From a virus (Duplodnaviria; Caudoviricetes): 32,763 nt of DNA. Position numbers and translations under genes: made by a program. Each line of letters opens with the position of its first letter. Positions within the stretch are counted from its first letter, which is position 1. Positions 22,491 through 32,368 of this stretch are shown in pieces. The notes beneath the pieces are model-generated. The model was given only the letters and a program-made list of their open reading frames with translations. It made no database searches and was not told where the DNA came from. The DNA lies in IMG/VR virus record IMGVR_UViG_3300037483_000358, positions 1 to 32,763 of that record. One strand, 5' to 3'.

Positions 22491-24139
22491 CAACAACGGG
22501 TGAATCAATCTTTCTCCGACACACGCCTTGTCCAGAATGTGGGTCAAACGATGCGAACGGAGTGTACTCAGACGGGCACACCTACTGTTTTTCCTGCGGC
22601 TCAATGGAGCAGGGAGCGGCGGGCCAACCGTCCGATAAGCGAAAGAAGGGAGGGCGAGTAGCTGGACTCATCACAGGCGAAGTGCGAGGGCTGCGTGTTC
22701 GACAAATCATGGACGACACCTGCAAGCATTTCGGCTATATGATCGGGCAGTACAGGAAGAGCCCGGTGCAGATTGCTCCGTATTACAACGTAGATGGCAA
22801 GCTCGTTGCACAGAAGCTTCGATTTCCGAACAAGGACTTCTCGATCCTGGGCGACATCAAAGAAGCTCTGCCCTTTGGCGCTCACTGCTGGCCCAAGGCT
22901 GGCAGGATGCTTGTAGTCACCGAGGGAGAGATCGACGCGATGTCGATGTCCCAGGTGCAGGGTAACAAGTGGCCGGTGGTGAGCATCGGCTGCGGCGCTG
23001 GTCCGCAGATCAAGAAGTACTTCGCTCGACAGCGGGAGTACTTCAACGGCTTTGAGTCGGTCATCCTGATGTTTGATATGGATGAACCTGGGCGGCAGGC
23101 GGCGAAAGACGCTGCTGCCGTCCTGGGAGCCAGAGCTAAGATCGCGGACCTTCCACTGAAGGATGCGAACGAGATGCTGTGTGCGTCTCGGGCGGATGAG
23201 CTTATCAAAGCGATGTGGAACGCCAAGGAGTATCGACCTGAAGGCATAGTAGATATGGCTGATCTCAAAGAGGCAGTCATGCTCCGTCCTATGCACGGTC
23301 TCTCTTGGCCGTTTGAATCGCTGACCAAGCACACCTTCGGTATCAGGACCGGCGAGATTTACGCGCTTGGCGCTGGTACTGGTGTTGGCAAGACTGACTT
23401 CTTTGCTGAGTGCATTAAGCATCTTGCTGTGGAGCATAAGGTTCCTGTTGGTGTCTTCTCGCTTGAGCAGTCGCCATCAGAGACCGCCACGCGCATCGCT
23501 GGCAAGCTCGCGAAGAAGACCTTTCACATTCCTGACAGCGGTTGGACGGACACCGACTTTGAGGTTGCATGGGCAACGCTCATGGATTCGGGAAAGGTGT
23601 TTTTGTACGACAGCTTTGGGAATAACGATTGGGAAGTGGTCAAGGAGAAGATGGAGTACCTGTATCACGCTCATGGCGTGCGGCACTTCTTCCTCGATCA
23701 CCTCACTGCACTCGCTGCGTGGCAGGATGACGAGCGCAGAGCCCTAGAAGTCATCATGTCGGAGATGGGTTCGCTCGTGAAGCGCTACGACTGCACCATC
23801 TTCTTCGTGTCGCATCTCGCTACGCCGGAAGGCAAGCCTCACGAAGAGGGCGGGCGAGTGATGATTCGACACTTCAAGGGATCACGAGCGATTGGGTTCT
23901 GGTCTCACTTCATGTTCGCCCTCGAACGTAATCAGCAGGCTAACTCTGAGAGTGAGCGTCAGGTGTCAACGTTCCGCGTGCTCAAGGATCGCTACACTGG
24001 TCGCTCCACAGGAGAGGTGTTTTACCTGGGGTACGATCAGGAGACCGGACTGTTGTACGAAACTACACCCGCCGACAGTGCTGCGACACACGGCTTTGAA
24101 GATGAAACACTTCCTGCTCACGGAGAAGGAGGCTTCTAG
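22487..24139 (+). CDS. DNA primase-helicase (gp4-like)
   Basis: Zn finger 'CPECGS...YCFSC', TOPRIM 'TEGEID...FDMD', Walker A 'AGTGVGKT', 'LDHL', 'VSHL', 'LKDRYTG'. Confidence 0.97.
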   Translation: MTTTGESIFLRHTPCPECGSNDANGVYSDGHTYCFSCGSMEQGAAGQPSDKRKKGGRVAGLITGEVRGLRVRQIMDDTCKHFGYMIGQYRKSPVQIAPYYNVDGKLVAQKLRFPNKDFSILGDIKEALPFGAHCWPKAGRMLVVTEGEIDAMSMSQVQGNKWPVVSIGCGAGPQIKKYFARQREYFNGFESVILMFDMDEPGRQAAKDAAAVLGARAKIADLPLKDANEMLCASRADELIKAMWNAKEYRPEGIVDMADLKEAVMLRPMHGLSWPFESLTKHTFGIRTGEIYALGAGTGVGKTDFFAECIKHLAVEHKVPVGVFSLEQSPSETATRIAGKLAKKTFHIPDSGWTDTDFEVAWATLMDSGKVFLYDSFGNNDWEVVKEKMEYLYHAHGVRHFFLDHLTALAAWQDDERRALEVIMSEMGSLVKRYDCTIFFVSHLATPEGKPHEEGGRVMIRHFKGSRAIGFWSHFMFALERNQQANSESERQVSTFRVLKDRYTGRSTGEVFYLGYDQETGLLYETTPADSAATHGFEDETLPAHGEGGF

Positions 24140-24325
24140 TTGGCTAAACCGTTCAAACGCTACTTCACCAAACCTGAGCATATCCAGAATGGCAAGGGCT
24201 CGTGGCGTAGAGAAACCCAGGTGAGCGAAGAAGAGTTCGCTACCAATTGGGAACGCATCTTCGGCAAGAAGCCTCCGACTGACGAAGAGATTCTAGCAAT
24301 GTTCGACTGGGGCAACGCAACGTAA
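24140..24325 (+). CDS. Hypothetical protein
   Basis: AGGAGG RBS, TTG start; 'GKGSWRR...FATNWERIFGK'. Confidence 0.65.
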   Translation: MAKPFKRYFTKPEHIQNGKGSWRRETQVSEEEFATNWERIFGKKPPTDEEILAMFDWGNAT

Positions 24326-24354
24326 TTCCCCACAATCCAGAAAAAGGAGGCTGT

Positions 24355-26232
24355 TTGCGCCACGTTGTTTTCGACGTGGAGACGAATGGCCTGCTCGAAG
24401 AATCAACACGGGTTCACTCGTTGGTGGTGCGGGACATGGAATCAGATTCCTTGCTCTCGTGCGCCAACGGGGAACCTGGGTATGAACCAATCGAGAGAGG
24501 GCTATCGCTTCTTAGTGAGGCCGAGAAACTGTATGCACACAACGGGATTTCATTCGACTACCCGATGCTACAGAAGTTGTACCCAGGCTTCACCATCAAA
24601 GGCACACTGCTGGACACCTATGTTACCGCGTCAATGCGGTGGGCACATATCAAGGAATCTGACTTCGCTCGGCATAGGAAAGGACGGTTGCCGGGGAATC
24701 TCATCGGGTCACACAAGCTGGAAGCCTGGGGCTATCGTCTCGGGGTGAAGAAGGTAGGCGTAGAGATCGAGGATTGGTCTCAGTGGACACCGCTCATGCA
24801 GTCGCGTTGCGAGTCTGACACCGCTATCACGAAAGCTCTGGTGCAGCGCATCCGGGCAGCAGGTGTGTCGGCTGAAGCCATTGAGACCGAACACGAGCTT
24901 GCTGTTTACCTCTCACAACAGGAGCGTAATGGCTGGCCCTTCGATGTGAAGAACGCCGTTGATCTACAAGGACAGTTGGCAGGCAAGCGCCAAACGATCA
25001 GCAACGGTCTGATAGAGTTCTTTGGTTCCTGGCTGGTGCGTGATGGAAAAGAGCGCGTGCCAAAGCGTGACAACAAGAAGACGGGAATCGTCGCTGGCTG
25101 CTCATACAGTAAGCTGAAGCTAGTAGAGTTTAATCCCGCTTCTCACGATCATATTGCTAACCGCCTTACCAAGCTCTACGGCTGGACGCCCTCAGAGTTT
25201 ACTGCATCCGGTAAACCGATGGTGGATGTAAACGTGATGAAGGGGCTGACCTATCCGCCGGTATCACAACTCCAAGAGTATCTGCTGTTAGAGAAGCGGC
25301 TTGGACAGATTGTTGAAGGCAAAGAAGCTTGGCTAAAGCACATCACAAAAGAGCGGATAGAGGGCGGAAAGATCACCGGTCTCTCTCATGTTCATGGGCG
25401 TGTGATCCAGAATAAGGCGATCACACATCGTGCTGCTCACGCTAAGCCAAACGTTGCTCAGGTACCAAAGGTTGGTAATCCCTACGGCGCTGAGTGTCGA
25501 GCCTTGTGGCATGTTCCTGATGGTTGGGTACAGCTAGGCTCTGATGCTTCCGGTCTAGAGCTTCGCATCCTGGCGCACTACATGGCGAAGTGGGATGACG
25601 GAGCCTACGTCAAGGTCTTGTTGGAAGGCGATGTTCACAGCGTCACGCAGGAAGCGCTGATTGAGTACCTGGGCTCACTAGACAAGAAGGTTGGGCGGGA
25701 TCGAGCGAAGACGTTCTTCTATGCCTTTCTCTATGGTGCTGGTGATGTCAAGCTCGGCAAGATTCTCGTTCCCGGTAAGTCAGAGAAAGAACACAAGCAT
25801 ATCGGCGCTCACGCTCGGAGCCTGTTTGTCAACAAGCTGACCGCGCTTGGGTATCTGGTCGAAGCCATTCAGCGTAAAGCTAATAAGTGCGGCTACCTCA
25901 ACCTGATCGACGGTCGCCGCTGCTACATCCGACACGAGCATGCTGCGCTCAACTCGCTCATTCAGGGGACAGGTGCAGTCATCTGTAAGCGATGGATTGT
26001 CCATTTCAATAGGGCATTCCAGCGTGAGTTTGGTCCGCAGGGCTGGCGCAACCAGTGGGCTGCGCTCGGCTGGATTCACGATGAAGTACAGATTGCCCTG
26101 CGTCCTGCTATTCAAGAGCCCGCGTCACAGATCATTGTGCAAGAGATTCGGGCACTAACTGATCACTACCACTTCAGGTGTCCGCTCGACGGTGAAGCGA
26201 AGATCGGACGGAACTGGAAAGAAACTCACTAG
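24355..26232 (+). CDS. Family A DNA polymerase (gp5-like)
   Basis: Exonuclease 'FDVETNG' and 'HNGISFD'; polymerase 'DASGLELR', 'AKTFFYAFLYG', 'HDE'. Confidence 0.98.
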   Translation: MRHVVFDVETNGLLEESTRVHSLVVRDMESDSLLSCANGEPGYEPIERGLSLLSEAEKLYAHNGISFDYPMLQKLYPGFTIKGTLLDTYVTASMRWAHIKESDFARHRKGRLPGNLIGSHKLEAWGYRLGVKKVGVEIEDWSQWTPLMQSRCESDTAITKALVQRIRAAGVSAEAIETEHELAVYLSQQERNGWPFDVKNAVDLQGQLAGKRQTISNGLIEFFGSWLVRDGKERVPKRDNKKTGIVAGCSYSKLKLVEFNPASHDHIANRLTKLYGWTPSEFTASGKPMVDVNVMKGLTYPPVSQLQEYLLLEKRLGQIVEGKEAWLKHITKERIEGGKITGLSHVHGRVIQNKAITHRAAHAKPNVAQVPKVGNPYGAECRALWHVPDGWVQLGSDASGLELRILAHYMAKWDDGAYVKVLLEGDVHSVTQEALIEYLGSLDKKVGRDRAKTFFYAFLYGAGDVKLGKILVPGKSEKEHKHIGAHARSLFVNKLTALGYLVEAIQRKANKCGYLNLIDGRRCYIRHEHAALNSLIQGTGAVICKRWIVHFNRAFQREFGPQGWRNQWAALGWIHDEVQIALRPAIQEPASQIIVQEIRALTDHYHFRCPLDGEAKIGRNWKETH

Positions 26233-27155
26233 TGGCAAAGTCTGCTAGAGATGCTGTACTCGCCTACGCCGAAAGCATGGGCGTAGACGTGAAGGAGCTA
26301 GCTGTTGGCTCAAGCGTACTTGACGTGCCTGTTCGTCCCTTGTCCATCGAGGTTCCGTTTCCGGTGCCGGTGCAAGAGCAGACCGGAGATGTTCTAACCG
26401 CGTTGCTTTGGGGCGACTCGCACTTTCCCAATCAAGATGATCGGGTATTAGCCATCGTGCGACAGATCGCTGAAGTCCTGGCACCGAACTTCTTGGTGCA
26501 TATGGGTGATCTGGCTGATGCCTATGAGTTGTCGAAGTTCGACCAGAATCCTGAGCGATTGAACAGTCTTCAGACAGAGATCAACCTTGGTCGCATTCAT
26601 CTAGCGCACATGCGCCAAGCATCTCCTGCGTCATCGTTCATTCTTCTGGAAGGCAACCACGAAGACCGGCTGCGTCGAACATTATGGAATCTCAAGGGAT
26701 CGGCTCAGGCTCTCGCCATGCTCGATGTGTTCAGACAGTCGATTACATGGCCGACGCTATTTGGTTTAGGAGAGCTTGGAATTACCTGGGTTCCCTACGA
26801 TAGTAAGCAGGCGAAGCAGAAGTTCTTACCCAAGTGGATTCTGAAGCACGGCAACATCGTCAGGAAGTACTCTGGCTACACTGCTCGTGGAGAGATGGAG
26901 AAGTACGGACGTTCCGGTTCTTCTGGACATACGCACCGTCTTGCCCTCCACATGCGACAGGATCACAATGGCAACCACTGTTGGGTTGAAACAGGCTGTA
27001 CCTGTTCTCTCGAACCCGAGTACATGCCTGACCCTGATTGGCAGCAAGGTTGCGTCGTGCTGAGCTTCGAGCCAGCAACCGGAGCGTTTCAGGCAGAGCC
27101 CGTCTACATCCACAATGGTCTCGCAGTCTGGCGAGGGCGTGTCTACCGCGCTTAG
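26232..27155 (+). CDS. Calcineurin-like metallophosphoesterase
   Basis: 'GDSH', 'GDLAD', 'GNHE', 'HG', 'GHTH'. Confidence 0.9.
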   Translation: MAKSARDAVLAYAESMGVDVKELAVGSSVLDVPVRPLSIEVPFPVPVQEQTGDVLTALLWGDSHFPNQDDRVLAIVRQIAEVLAPNFLVHMGDLADAYELSKFDQNPERLNSLQTEINLGRIHLAHMRQASPASSFILLEGNHEDRLRRTLWNLKGSAQALAMLDVFRQSITWPTLFGLGELGITWVPYDSKQAKQKFLPKWILKHGNIVRKYSGYTARGEMEKYGRSGSSGHTHRLALHMRQDHNGNHCWVETGCTCSLEPEYMPDPDWQQGCVVLSFEPATGAFQAEPVYIHNGLAVWRGRVYRA

Positions 27156-27285
27156 GTGCGTGTGGTGCGGACAATCTAACTCCACGCCACTCGTACTCTG
27201 TGAGCGCTGCGAACACCACGCTCAACAACTCAAGCAACGTCGCGGGCTCCCCATTCGGGAGCCTTCTCTTTTGAAGGAGGGATAG
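27139..27285 (+). CDS. 48-aa Zn-finger protein (not in the ORF track)
   Basis: 'CVWCG...LCERC'; fills the gap before MazG. Confidence 0.45.
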   Translation: MSTALRCVWCGQSNSTPLVLCERCEHHAQQLKQRRGLPIREPSLLKEG

Positions 27286-27288
27286 AGA

Positions 27289-27594
27289 ATGGATTTGAGG
27301 AAGTATCAGGACGCTGTACTCCACGGCTCACTCTGTGTGAATGAGCGGGATCGCTTCATCGAGAACACGCTTGGTCTCGCAGGGGAAGCCGGGGAGTTCG
27401 CGGATCAGGTAAAGAAGCAGATTCGAGACGGCGAGTCTCGGGTTATGCGACAGGTGGAAGAGCTAGGAGACGTGTTGTGGTACCTCACGTCGCTGGCCGG
27501 GCAGCTTGGCTACACGCTCGCTGAGCTTGCGTCCATCAACTACAACAAACTGTCTGAGCGCCATCCAGACCGTTACCCCCGAGTCGTTGAATGA
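27289..27594 (+). CDS. MazG-like NTP pyrophosphohydrolase
   Basis: 'LGLAGEAGEFADQVKK...EELGDVLWY...NYNKLSER'. Confidence 0.92.
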   Translation: MDLRKYQDAVLHGSLCVNERDRFIENTLGLAGEAGEFADQVKKQIRDGESRVMRQVEELGDVLWYLTSLAGQLGYTLAELASINYNKLSERHPDRYPRVVE

Positions 27595-27683
27595 AACGGA
27601 CTCTTAGCATTGTGGAAACGTTGTGTTTTTGGCTCGGCTCAACGCTGTTGGTAATCGCTACGCTGATGCCGGAGGATAGGTGA
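27591..27683 (+). CDS. 30-aa membrane peptide
   Basis: ATGA and GTGA coupling at both ends; hydrophobic core. Confidence 0.4.
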   Translation: MKRTLSIVETLCFWLGSTLLVIATLMPEDR

Positions 27684-28453
27684 AGCGAACGCTGCTGATA
27701 GATGGCGACACGCTGATCTACGAGGCTGCTGCGGCAACCGAGTGTGAGATACAGTGGGAGCCGTGGCTATGGACGCTGCACGGTGACTTCAATGCAGCCG
27801 TCGCTCACCTAGATGACGTGTTAGGAAACATCATAGAGAAGCTTCGTGGGGATCAGGTCATTATCGCCTTGAGCGATAGCGAACGCTGGCGTCCGAAGGT
27901 CATGCCGACGTACAAGGCGAATCGCAAGGGCCGCAAACCTGTGACGTACAAGCCCCTGAGAGAATACGTTCACGAGAAGTACACCACCTACCAGCGACCG
28001 ACACTCGAAGGTGATGATGTTCTCGGTATTCTGGTGACGAACCCCCGTCTCTTCCCAAAGACAGAGAAGATCGTGGTGAGCATCGACAAGGACATGCAGA
28101 CGCTTCCTGGCCTGCATGTGAACTACGGTCACGCTCGCGGTTCAGAGGATTGGGAAACGTTTGTGCGTTCGATCTCTGAACCCCAGGCTGATCGCTTTCA
28201 TCTTCTACAAACACTGACTGGCGACAGAACAGACGGTTATCCCGGCTGTCCGAAGATTGGTCCGGTATCGGCAGAGAAGTTGTTGCCCGAGAACGGAACT
28301 GTAGCCTCTTGGTGGCCGACTGTTGTTGGCTCCTACGCAAAGCAGGGTCTCGGAGAGGCCGTGGCCTTGGAGAACGCCCGAGTGGCCCGCATCTGCCGAT
28401 GGACCGATTACGACTTCCAAAAGAAAGAGGTGATTCTATGGAGTCCACCTTAA
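27680..28453 (+). CDS. 5'-3' exonuclease (gp6-like)
   Basis: 'LIDGD', 'YKANR', 'LEGDDVLG', 'DKD', 'GDRTDGYPGCPKIG'. Confidence 0.95.
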   Translation: MKRTLLIDGDTLIYEAAAATECEIQWEPWLWTLHGDFNAAVAHLDDVLGNIIEKLRGDQVIIALSDSERWRPKVMPTYKANRKGRKPVTYKPLREYVHEKYTTYQRPTLEGDDVLGILVTNPRLFPKTEKIVVSIDKDMQTLPGLHVNYGHARGSEDWETFVRSISEPQADRFHLLQTLTGDRTDGYPGCPKIGPVSAEKLLPENGTVASWWPTVVGSYAKQGLGEAVALENARVARICRWTDYDFQKKEVILWSPP

Positions 28454-28842
28454 GGCGGGCTCTGCTGGCGGCGCTTCTGTACTTCGCTACAGCTTGCGCT
28501 TTTGTTGGTGATCCCGGCTATCCCCTACCTCAGTCTGTCGCAACCATCCTGATTCAGAACAGCAATCTCGATCCGATGAGGGTGTATCTCACCAGCGGAT
28601 ACGTTGGCACCGTCATGCCGAACGAGGTGCGTTGCTTCACTATTCGCGGGGGTCTTCAACAGGAAGTTCTTCGCGTCTACACCGCAGGCGAGTGGTATCA
28701 GGGCACGGCCTTCATTCCGATGGAGTTTGATGGTGGATGGGCAATAGCTCTCACCACGACCATCCGGTACGACATCTACTACATCCAGCCTTCGGCGCGA
28801 TGCAGACAGGTGGGAGGCAAGGTTGCCATTGAAGAACGCTGA
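28438..28842 (+). CDS. Putative lipoprotein
   Basis: GAGGTG RBS; MESTLRRALLAALLYFATA-C lipobox; beta-rich domain. Confidence 0.65.
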   Translation: MESTLRRALLAALLYFATACAFVGDPGYPLPQSVATILIQNSNLDPMRVYLTSGYVGTVMPNEVRCFTIRGGLQQEVLRVYTAGEWYQGTAFIPMEFDGGWAIALTTTIRYDIYYIQPSARCRQVGGKVAIEER

Positions 28843-29362
28843 TCCGATGATTTGTCGGGGAGGAACCTGCGATACCCTGGCCTCTTGCGGACTGGCTGGC
28901 TCCTGTCTTTACAGGTCGTCGGCTGAGGAAGCAAGAGAGTTACATGAGCGTGCGGCGAAGGCCGTTCGTGTTCTTGAGCAAAGGGAGACCGAAGAGCAGC
29001 ATGGAGACCAGGGCGGTTGTCCGGTAACACCAACTGTTCTCCCTGTCGATTCTGCTGCTCGCAAGGACATTCCTATCATGCGCGGCGTGCTGGACTACTT
29101 CCCTGCTGCACTGGCAGAGGTAGCTGAACTGTCTCGTGTTGGTAACGACAAGCACAATCCCGGTGAAGACCTTCATTGGGCGCGTGGCAAGTCAAGCGAT
29201 CACGCTGATTGCATCGTGCGTCATCTGATGGAGCGAGGGCGCACTGACACAGACGGTTTGTCTCATTCAGTCAAAGTTGCGTGGCGAGCGCTGGCGCTTT
29301 TGCAGGAAGAGCTTGAATCACAGGGCGCACCAATGGCTCGCGGTGCGAGGCTCGATCCATGA
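28823..29362 (+). CDS. DUF5664 / dATP-dGTP diphosphohydrolase-domain protein
   Basis: 'YFPAALAEVAELSRVGNDKH...W.RG...IVRHL...D.DGLSH...VAWRALALL'; start uncertain. Confidence 0.8.
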   Translation: MPLKNADPMICRGGTCDTLASCGLAGSCLYRSSAEEARELHERAAKAVRVLEQRETEEQHGDQGGCPVTPTVLPVDSAARKDIPIMRGVLDYFPAALAEVAELSRVGNDKHNPGEDLHWARGKSSDHADCIVRHLMERGRTDTDGLSHSVKVAWRALALLQEELESQGAPMARGARLDP

Positions 29363-29934
29363 GGCGTCTTTGCATAGGCATTGATGTGGACGACACGATA
29401 GCTGAGTTAAGTGAGCCGTGGATTAACTGGATCAACACAAGATTTGGCTATCGCTTGAATCCTAAGCGGGGCTTCTCGCAGTGGTCGATTGAGAAGATAC
29501 CGCAGATCGCGGACCTGGGGGATTCTCTCTTTGAGTTTCTGCACCCGTCGATCTATGACGAGAATGTAGTAAAGCCAATTCCTGGCGCGTTCATGGCGCT
29601 AAACATCCTGCGGCGTTTAGGAGCCAGCATCCGATTCGTCACATCCTGCGTTCGCAATACGGAGCAGGCTAAGCGGTCGTGGTTGCTCCGGCACGGTTTC
29701 ATGCAGTTGTTCAATGGCGAGTTCGTTCCGATGTCGGATAAGTCAAAAGCGCCGGTGGATGTTCTAGTTGATGACGGGTTTCATAACGTCAAGTCTTTCC
29801 ACGGACACGGCATCTTAGTTAGTCGTCCGCACAACTGTCGATTCGCTTGGCACACGAGAATCGGGCACCTGAACGATCTTGTGTCGCCTTTCCTGATGTT
29901 GAACCATCCGAAGAAGGGAATTGTTTCACCATGA
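29359..29934 (+). CDS. HAD-family 5'(3')-deoxyribonucleotidase
   Basis: 'IDVDDT', 'FVTS', 'KRSWL', 'VLVDD', 'RPHN'. Confidence 0.88.
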   Translation: MRRLCIGIDVDDTIAELSEPWINWINTRFGYRLNPKRGFSQWSIEKIPQIADLGDSLFEFLHPSIYDENVVKPIPGAFMALNILRRLGASIRFVTSCVRNTEQAKRSWLLRHGFMQLFNGEFVPMSDKSKAPVDVLVDDGFHNVKSFHGHGILVSRPHNCRFAWHTRIGHLNDLVSPFLMLNHPKKGIVSP

Positions 29935-30158
29935 CGGTAACAGGACTCACCGTATTTTCTCGTCGCGCTGAAGTGTTGCGACTGCTGAGTGACGGACGCT
30001 GGCACAGCACTTATGCGATCAACGCAGTGGGCGGCACCGAAGGCACCCGGCGTTTGAGAGAGCTTCGGGAACAGGGATATGAGATCGAGAAGCGCTCGAT
30101 GCCCGAATCCATGCAGTTCGAGTACCGGCTAGTCAATTCGCCGGGCTCGTTGGTCTAA
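29931..30158 (+). CDS. Winged-helix DNA-binding protein
   Basis: 'VLRLLSDGRWHS...RRLRELREQGYEIE...EYRL'. Confidence 0.75.
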   Translation: MTVTGLTVFSRRAEVLRLLSDGRWHSTYAINAVGGTEGTRRLRELREQGYEIEKRSMPESMQFEYRLVNSPGSLV

Positions 30159-30176
30159 GCTAACACGCTGCTAGCA

Positions 30177-30203
30177 GAGGGGTTAGGGCTTCCTAGCCCC
30201 TCT
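30177..30203 (+). other. Hairpin at the middle/late boundary (terminator or RNase III site)
   Basis: AGAGGGGTTAGG-GCTT-CCTAGCCCCTCT. Confidence 0.55.
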
Positions 30204-30212
30204 CCTTCAGGC

Positions 30213-30244
30213 CCATTTGCCTTCCGGTAGGAACCACAGAAACC
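30213..30244 (+). promoter_or_regulatory. Putative phage RNAP promoter (late genes)
   Basis: CCATTTGCCTTCCGGTAGGAACCACAGAAACC; 28 of 32 identical to the 17783 copy; lies before the structural module like T7 phi6.5. Confidence 0.75.
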
Positions 30245-30249
30245 CCAAA

Positions 30250-30450
30250 ATGACTGATACCTCGAAACAGGCCCCTGCTGTTTCTCAAGCGCTGCTGGAT
30301 TATCTCATCCGGCTCTATCCTGATCGCTGTCCTGACCCTGCTGAAACAGATCGTGAAGTCTGGATGGCAGCAGGCGCGGCAAAGGTGGTGCGGAAGCTTC
30401 GCAGTGTCTTTGAGGAACAGTCCAAACACAACGTCTTGGAGACTCGCTAA
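30250..30450 (+). CDS. Small protein at the start of the structural module
   Basis: 'LLDYLIRLYPDRCP...REVWMAAG...VVRKL', recalled from T7-like phages just upstream of the portal. Confidence 0.7.
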   Translation: MTDTSKQAPAVSQALLDYLIRLYPDRCPDPAETDREVWMAAGAAKVVRKLRSVFEEQSKHNVLETR

Positions 30451-30456
30451 TCAACC

Positions 30457-30717
30457 ATGTCCGTCCGTACTCCGCTTCCTACGCTGGACGTGCTTCGTCA
30501 GAACATCGACTCGCTCTTCTTGAGCTTGCGATCCTTGACGCTTCCAACAGCGCAGGCTTTTGATCGCGGCTTGCCTGACGGGCGCGGTCCCTTTATGACG
30601 ATTCAGGCACAGCGTAACAGTGTGCTGAAGAAACTGGATGAACAGATGACGCTCATTCAGGCTGTTCAACTGCCTCGCCCCTCCCGCTCGCGTTCCTCTT
30701 CCTTGACTCAGGAGTAG
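30457..30717 (+). CDS. Hypothetical protein before the portal
   Basis: ORF with ATG start filling the gap. Confidence 0.55.
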   Translation: MSVRTPLPTLDVLRQNIDSLFLSLRSLTLPTAQAFDRGLPDGRGPFMTIQAQRNSVLKKLDEQMTLIQAVQLPRPSRSRSSSLTQE

Positions 30718-30721
30718 CTAA

Positions 30722-32341
30722 GTGAACGATGCCGTTCAACAGTCTGCTCCTACTTCGCCCTCTCCGGTAACATCGGCAGAAGGACGATATGAACAGCTAT
30801 GCGCTACTCGATCCCCGGCTTTAACTCGGGCACGAGAAGCGTCTACACTCACCATTCCTTCGTTGGTCCCGCCTGAGAGCACCAACGATGCGAGTTCGTT
30901 ACCGACGCCATTTCAAAGTGTCGGGGCGCGTGGTGCGAACAACCTCTCAGCCAAGTTGCTGCTTGCGCTCTTTCCTCCTGGCTCTTCGTTCTTCCGATTG
31001 CAAGTGGATGAGTTTGCGATGGAGCAACTAATCGAGCGTTCCACTAGCAACGATGCTCGTGGAGAGATCGACGCTGCGCTGGCTAAAGCGGAACGCGCTG
31101 TGATGAAGCGCCTGGAACAGAAGACGGCGAGACCTGTGCTCAGCGAGATGTTCAAGCATCTCATTGTGGCTGGTAACGCTCTCCTTTATGTCATGGAATC
31201 CGGCGCTATCAAACTGTTCACGCTGGCGAACTACGTTGTCAAGCGAGACGGTGAGGGTGAACCCATCGAGATCGTGTGTCGGGAAGGCTTGAATCGCAAG
31301 ACGCTGCCTCCTGCTGCGAGACTAGTAGTGGAATCACACAACGCAACAACCGATCAGAAAAAGGACGACACGTCCGAACTGATCTATCTCTACACTTGGA
31401 TTCAACGTCAAGAGAACAAATCGTGGAAGGTGCATCAGGAAGTCGTCGGCATGTTAGTTCCTGGAACTGATGGCACCTACCCGGCTGCCAAGTCGGCTTG
31501 GATTCCTCTTCGGTGGACTTCCGTTGCCGGGTCTGATTATGGACGGGGTCATGTGGAAGAGTACATGGGAGACCTGCATTCGTTGGAAGGGCTGTCGCAG
31601 TCCGTTGTAGAGTTCGCGGCTAACGCTTCTAAGATCATTTGGCTTGTGGATGAAGGGGGCGTAACCAGCAAGCGTAAGCTTCAGGACGCTCCTAGCGGGG
31701 CCATCATGGACGGCAAGAGAAAAGATGTTGAAGTCCTGATGATGGAGAAGTTTGCTGATTTCCAAGTTGTGAGCGCTACGGCTGACAAGATCGAGCGCCG
31801 CTTGGAACAGGCATTCCTTCTTAATTCCAGCATTCAGCGACAGGCCGAACGAGTTACAGCAGAAGAGATTCGTTTCATGGCTGGGGAACTTGAGCAAGCC
31901 TTGGGCGGAACCTATTCGATCCTAGGTCAAGAGCTTCAGCATCCCTTGGTGACGCGGCTCATCGCTGTTATGCAGCGAAAGCGCGAGTTTCCTCAACTGC
32001 CGGAAAAGATCGTAACTCCACAGATCATCACTGGTCTCGACGGATTGGGACGCACGAGTGATCTGATGAAGCTTGATCTTCTCTTGAATGGCACTGCTCA
32101 GATATTCGGTCCCGAGGCTGTTGCTGAATATGCTAGTGCCGGCGCGTACATCACTCGACGTGCGGCTGCATTGAACATCGAGATTGATGGCTTGGTCCGC
32201 TCAGAAGAGCAGGTACAAGCGAGTCGGCAGCAGAAGACACAGCAGGCCATGATGGAGAAGCTTGGACCGCAGACGATTAAGGCGATGTCCGATCAATCGC
32301 TTGCTGTACAGCAAACGCAGCCTACATCACAAGAAGCTTAA
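30722..32341 (+). CDS. Portal / head-tail connector (gp8-like)
   Basis: 'LPTPFQSVGARGANNLSAKLLLALFP', 'YGRGHVEEY.GDL', 'ERVTAEEIR', 'GLDGLGR'. Confidence 0.98.
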   Translation: MNDAVQQSAPTSPSPVTSAEGRYEQLCATRSPALTRAREASTLTIPSLVPPESTNDASSLPTPFQSVGARGANNLSAKLLLALFPPGSSFFRLQVDEFAMEQLIERSTSNDARGEIDAALAKAERAVMKRLEQKTARPVLSEMFKHLIVAGNALLYVMESGAIKLFTLANYVVKRDGEGEPIEIVCREGLNRKTLPPAARLVVESHNATTDQKKDDTSELIYLYTWIQRQENKSWKVHQEVVGMLVPGTDGTYPAAKSAWIPLRWTSVAGSDYGRGHVEEYMGDLHSLEGLSQSVVEFAANASKIIWLVDEGGVTSKRKLQDAPSGAIMDGKRKDVEVLMMEKFADFQVVSATADKIERRLEQAFLLNSSIQRQAERVTAEEIRFMAGELEQALGGTYSILGQELQHPLVTRLIAVMQRKREFPQLPEKIVTPQIITGLDGLGRTSDLMKLDLLLNGTAQIFGPEAVAEYASAGAYITRRAAALNIEIDGLVRSEEQVQASRQQKTQQAMMEKLGPQTIKAMSDQSLAVQQTQPTSQEA

Positions 32342-32368
32342 CACTTCAAAAGGAGATAAGTCGAACAG

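Noticed and set aside
27244-27272. Intrinsic terminator GGGCTCCC/GGGAGCCT followed by TCTCTTTT
   Set aside because: Plausible, but it lies within a probable Zn-finger ORF mid-operon with no downstream promoter, so it was not called.
11027-28842. Host assignment from the lipoproteins, SLT and sigma54/IHF usage
   Set aside because: These suggest a diderm host with RpoN, but no taxon can be supported without searches.
28823-29362. 2-aminoadenine (Z) genome pathway
   Set aside because: No PurZ or DatZ-like HD enzyme is visible; the diphosphohydrolase domain alone is insufficient.
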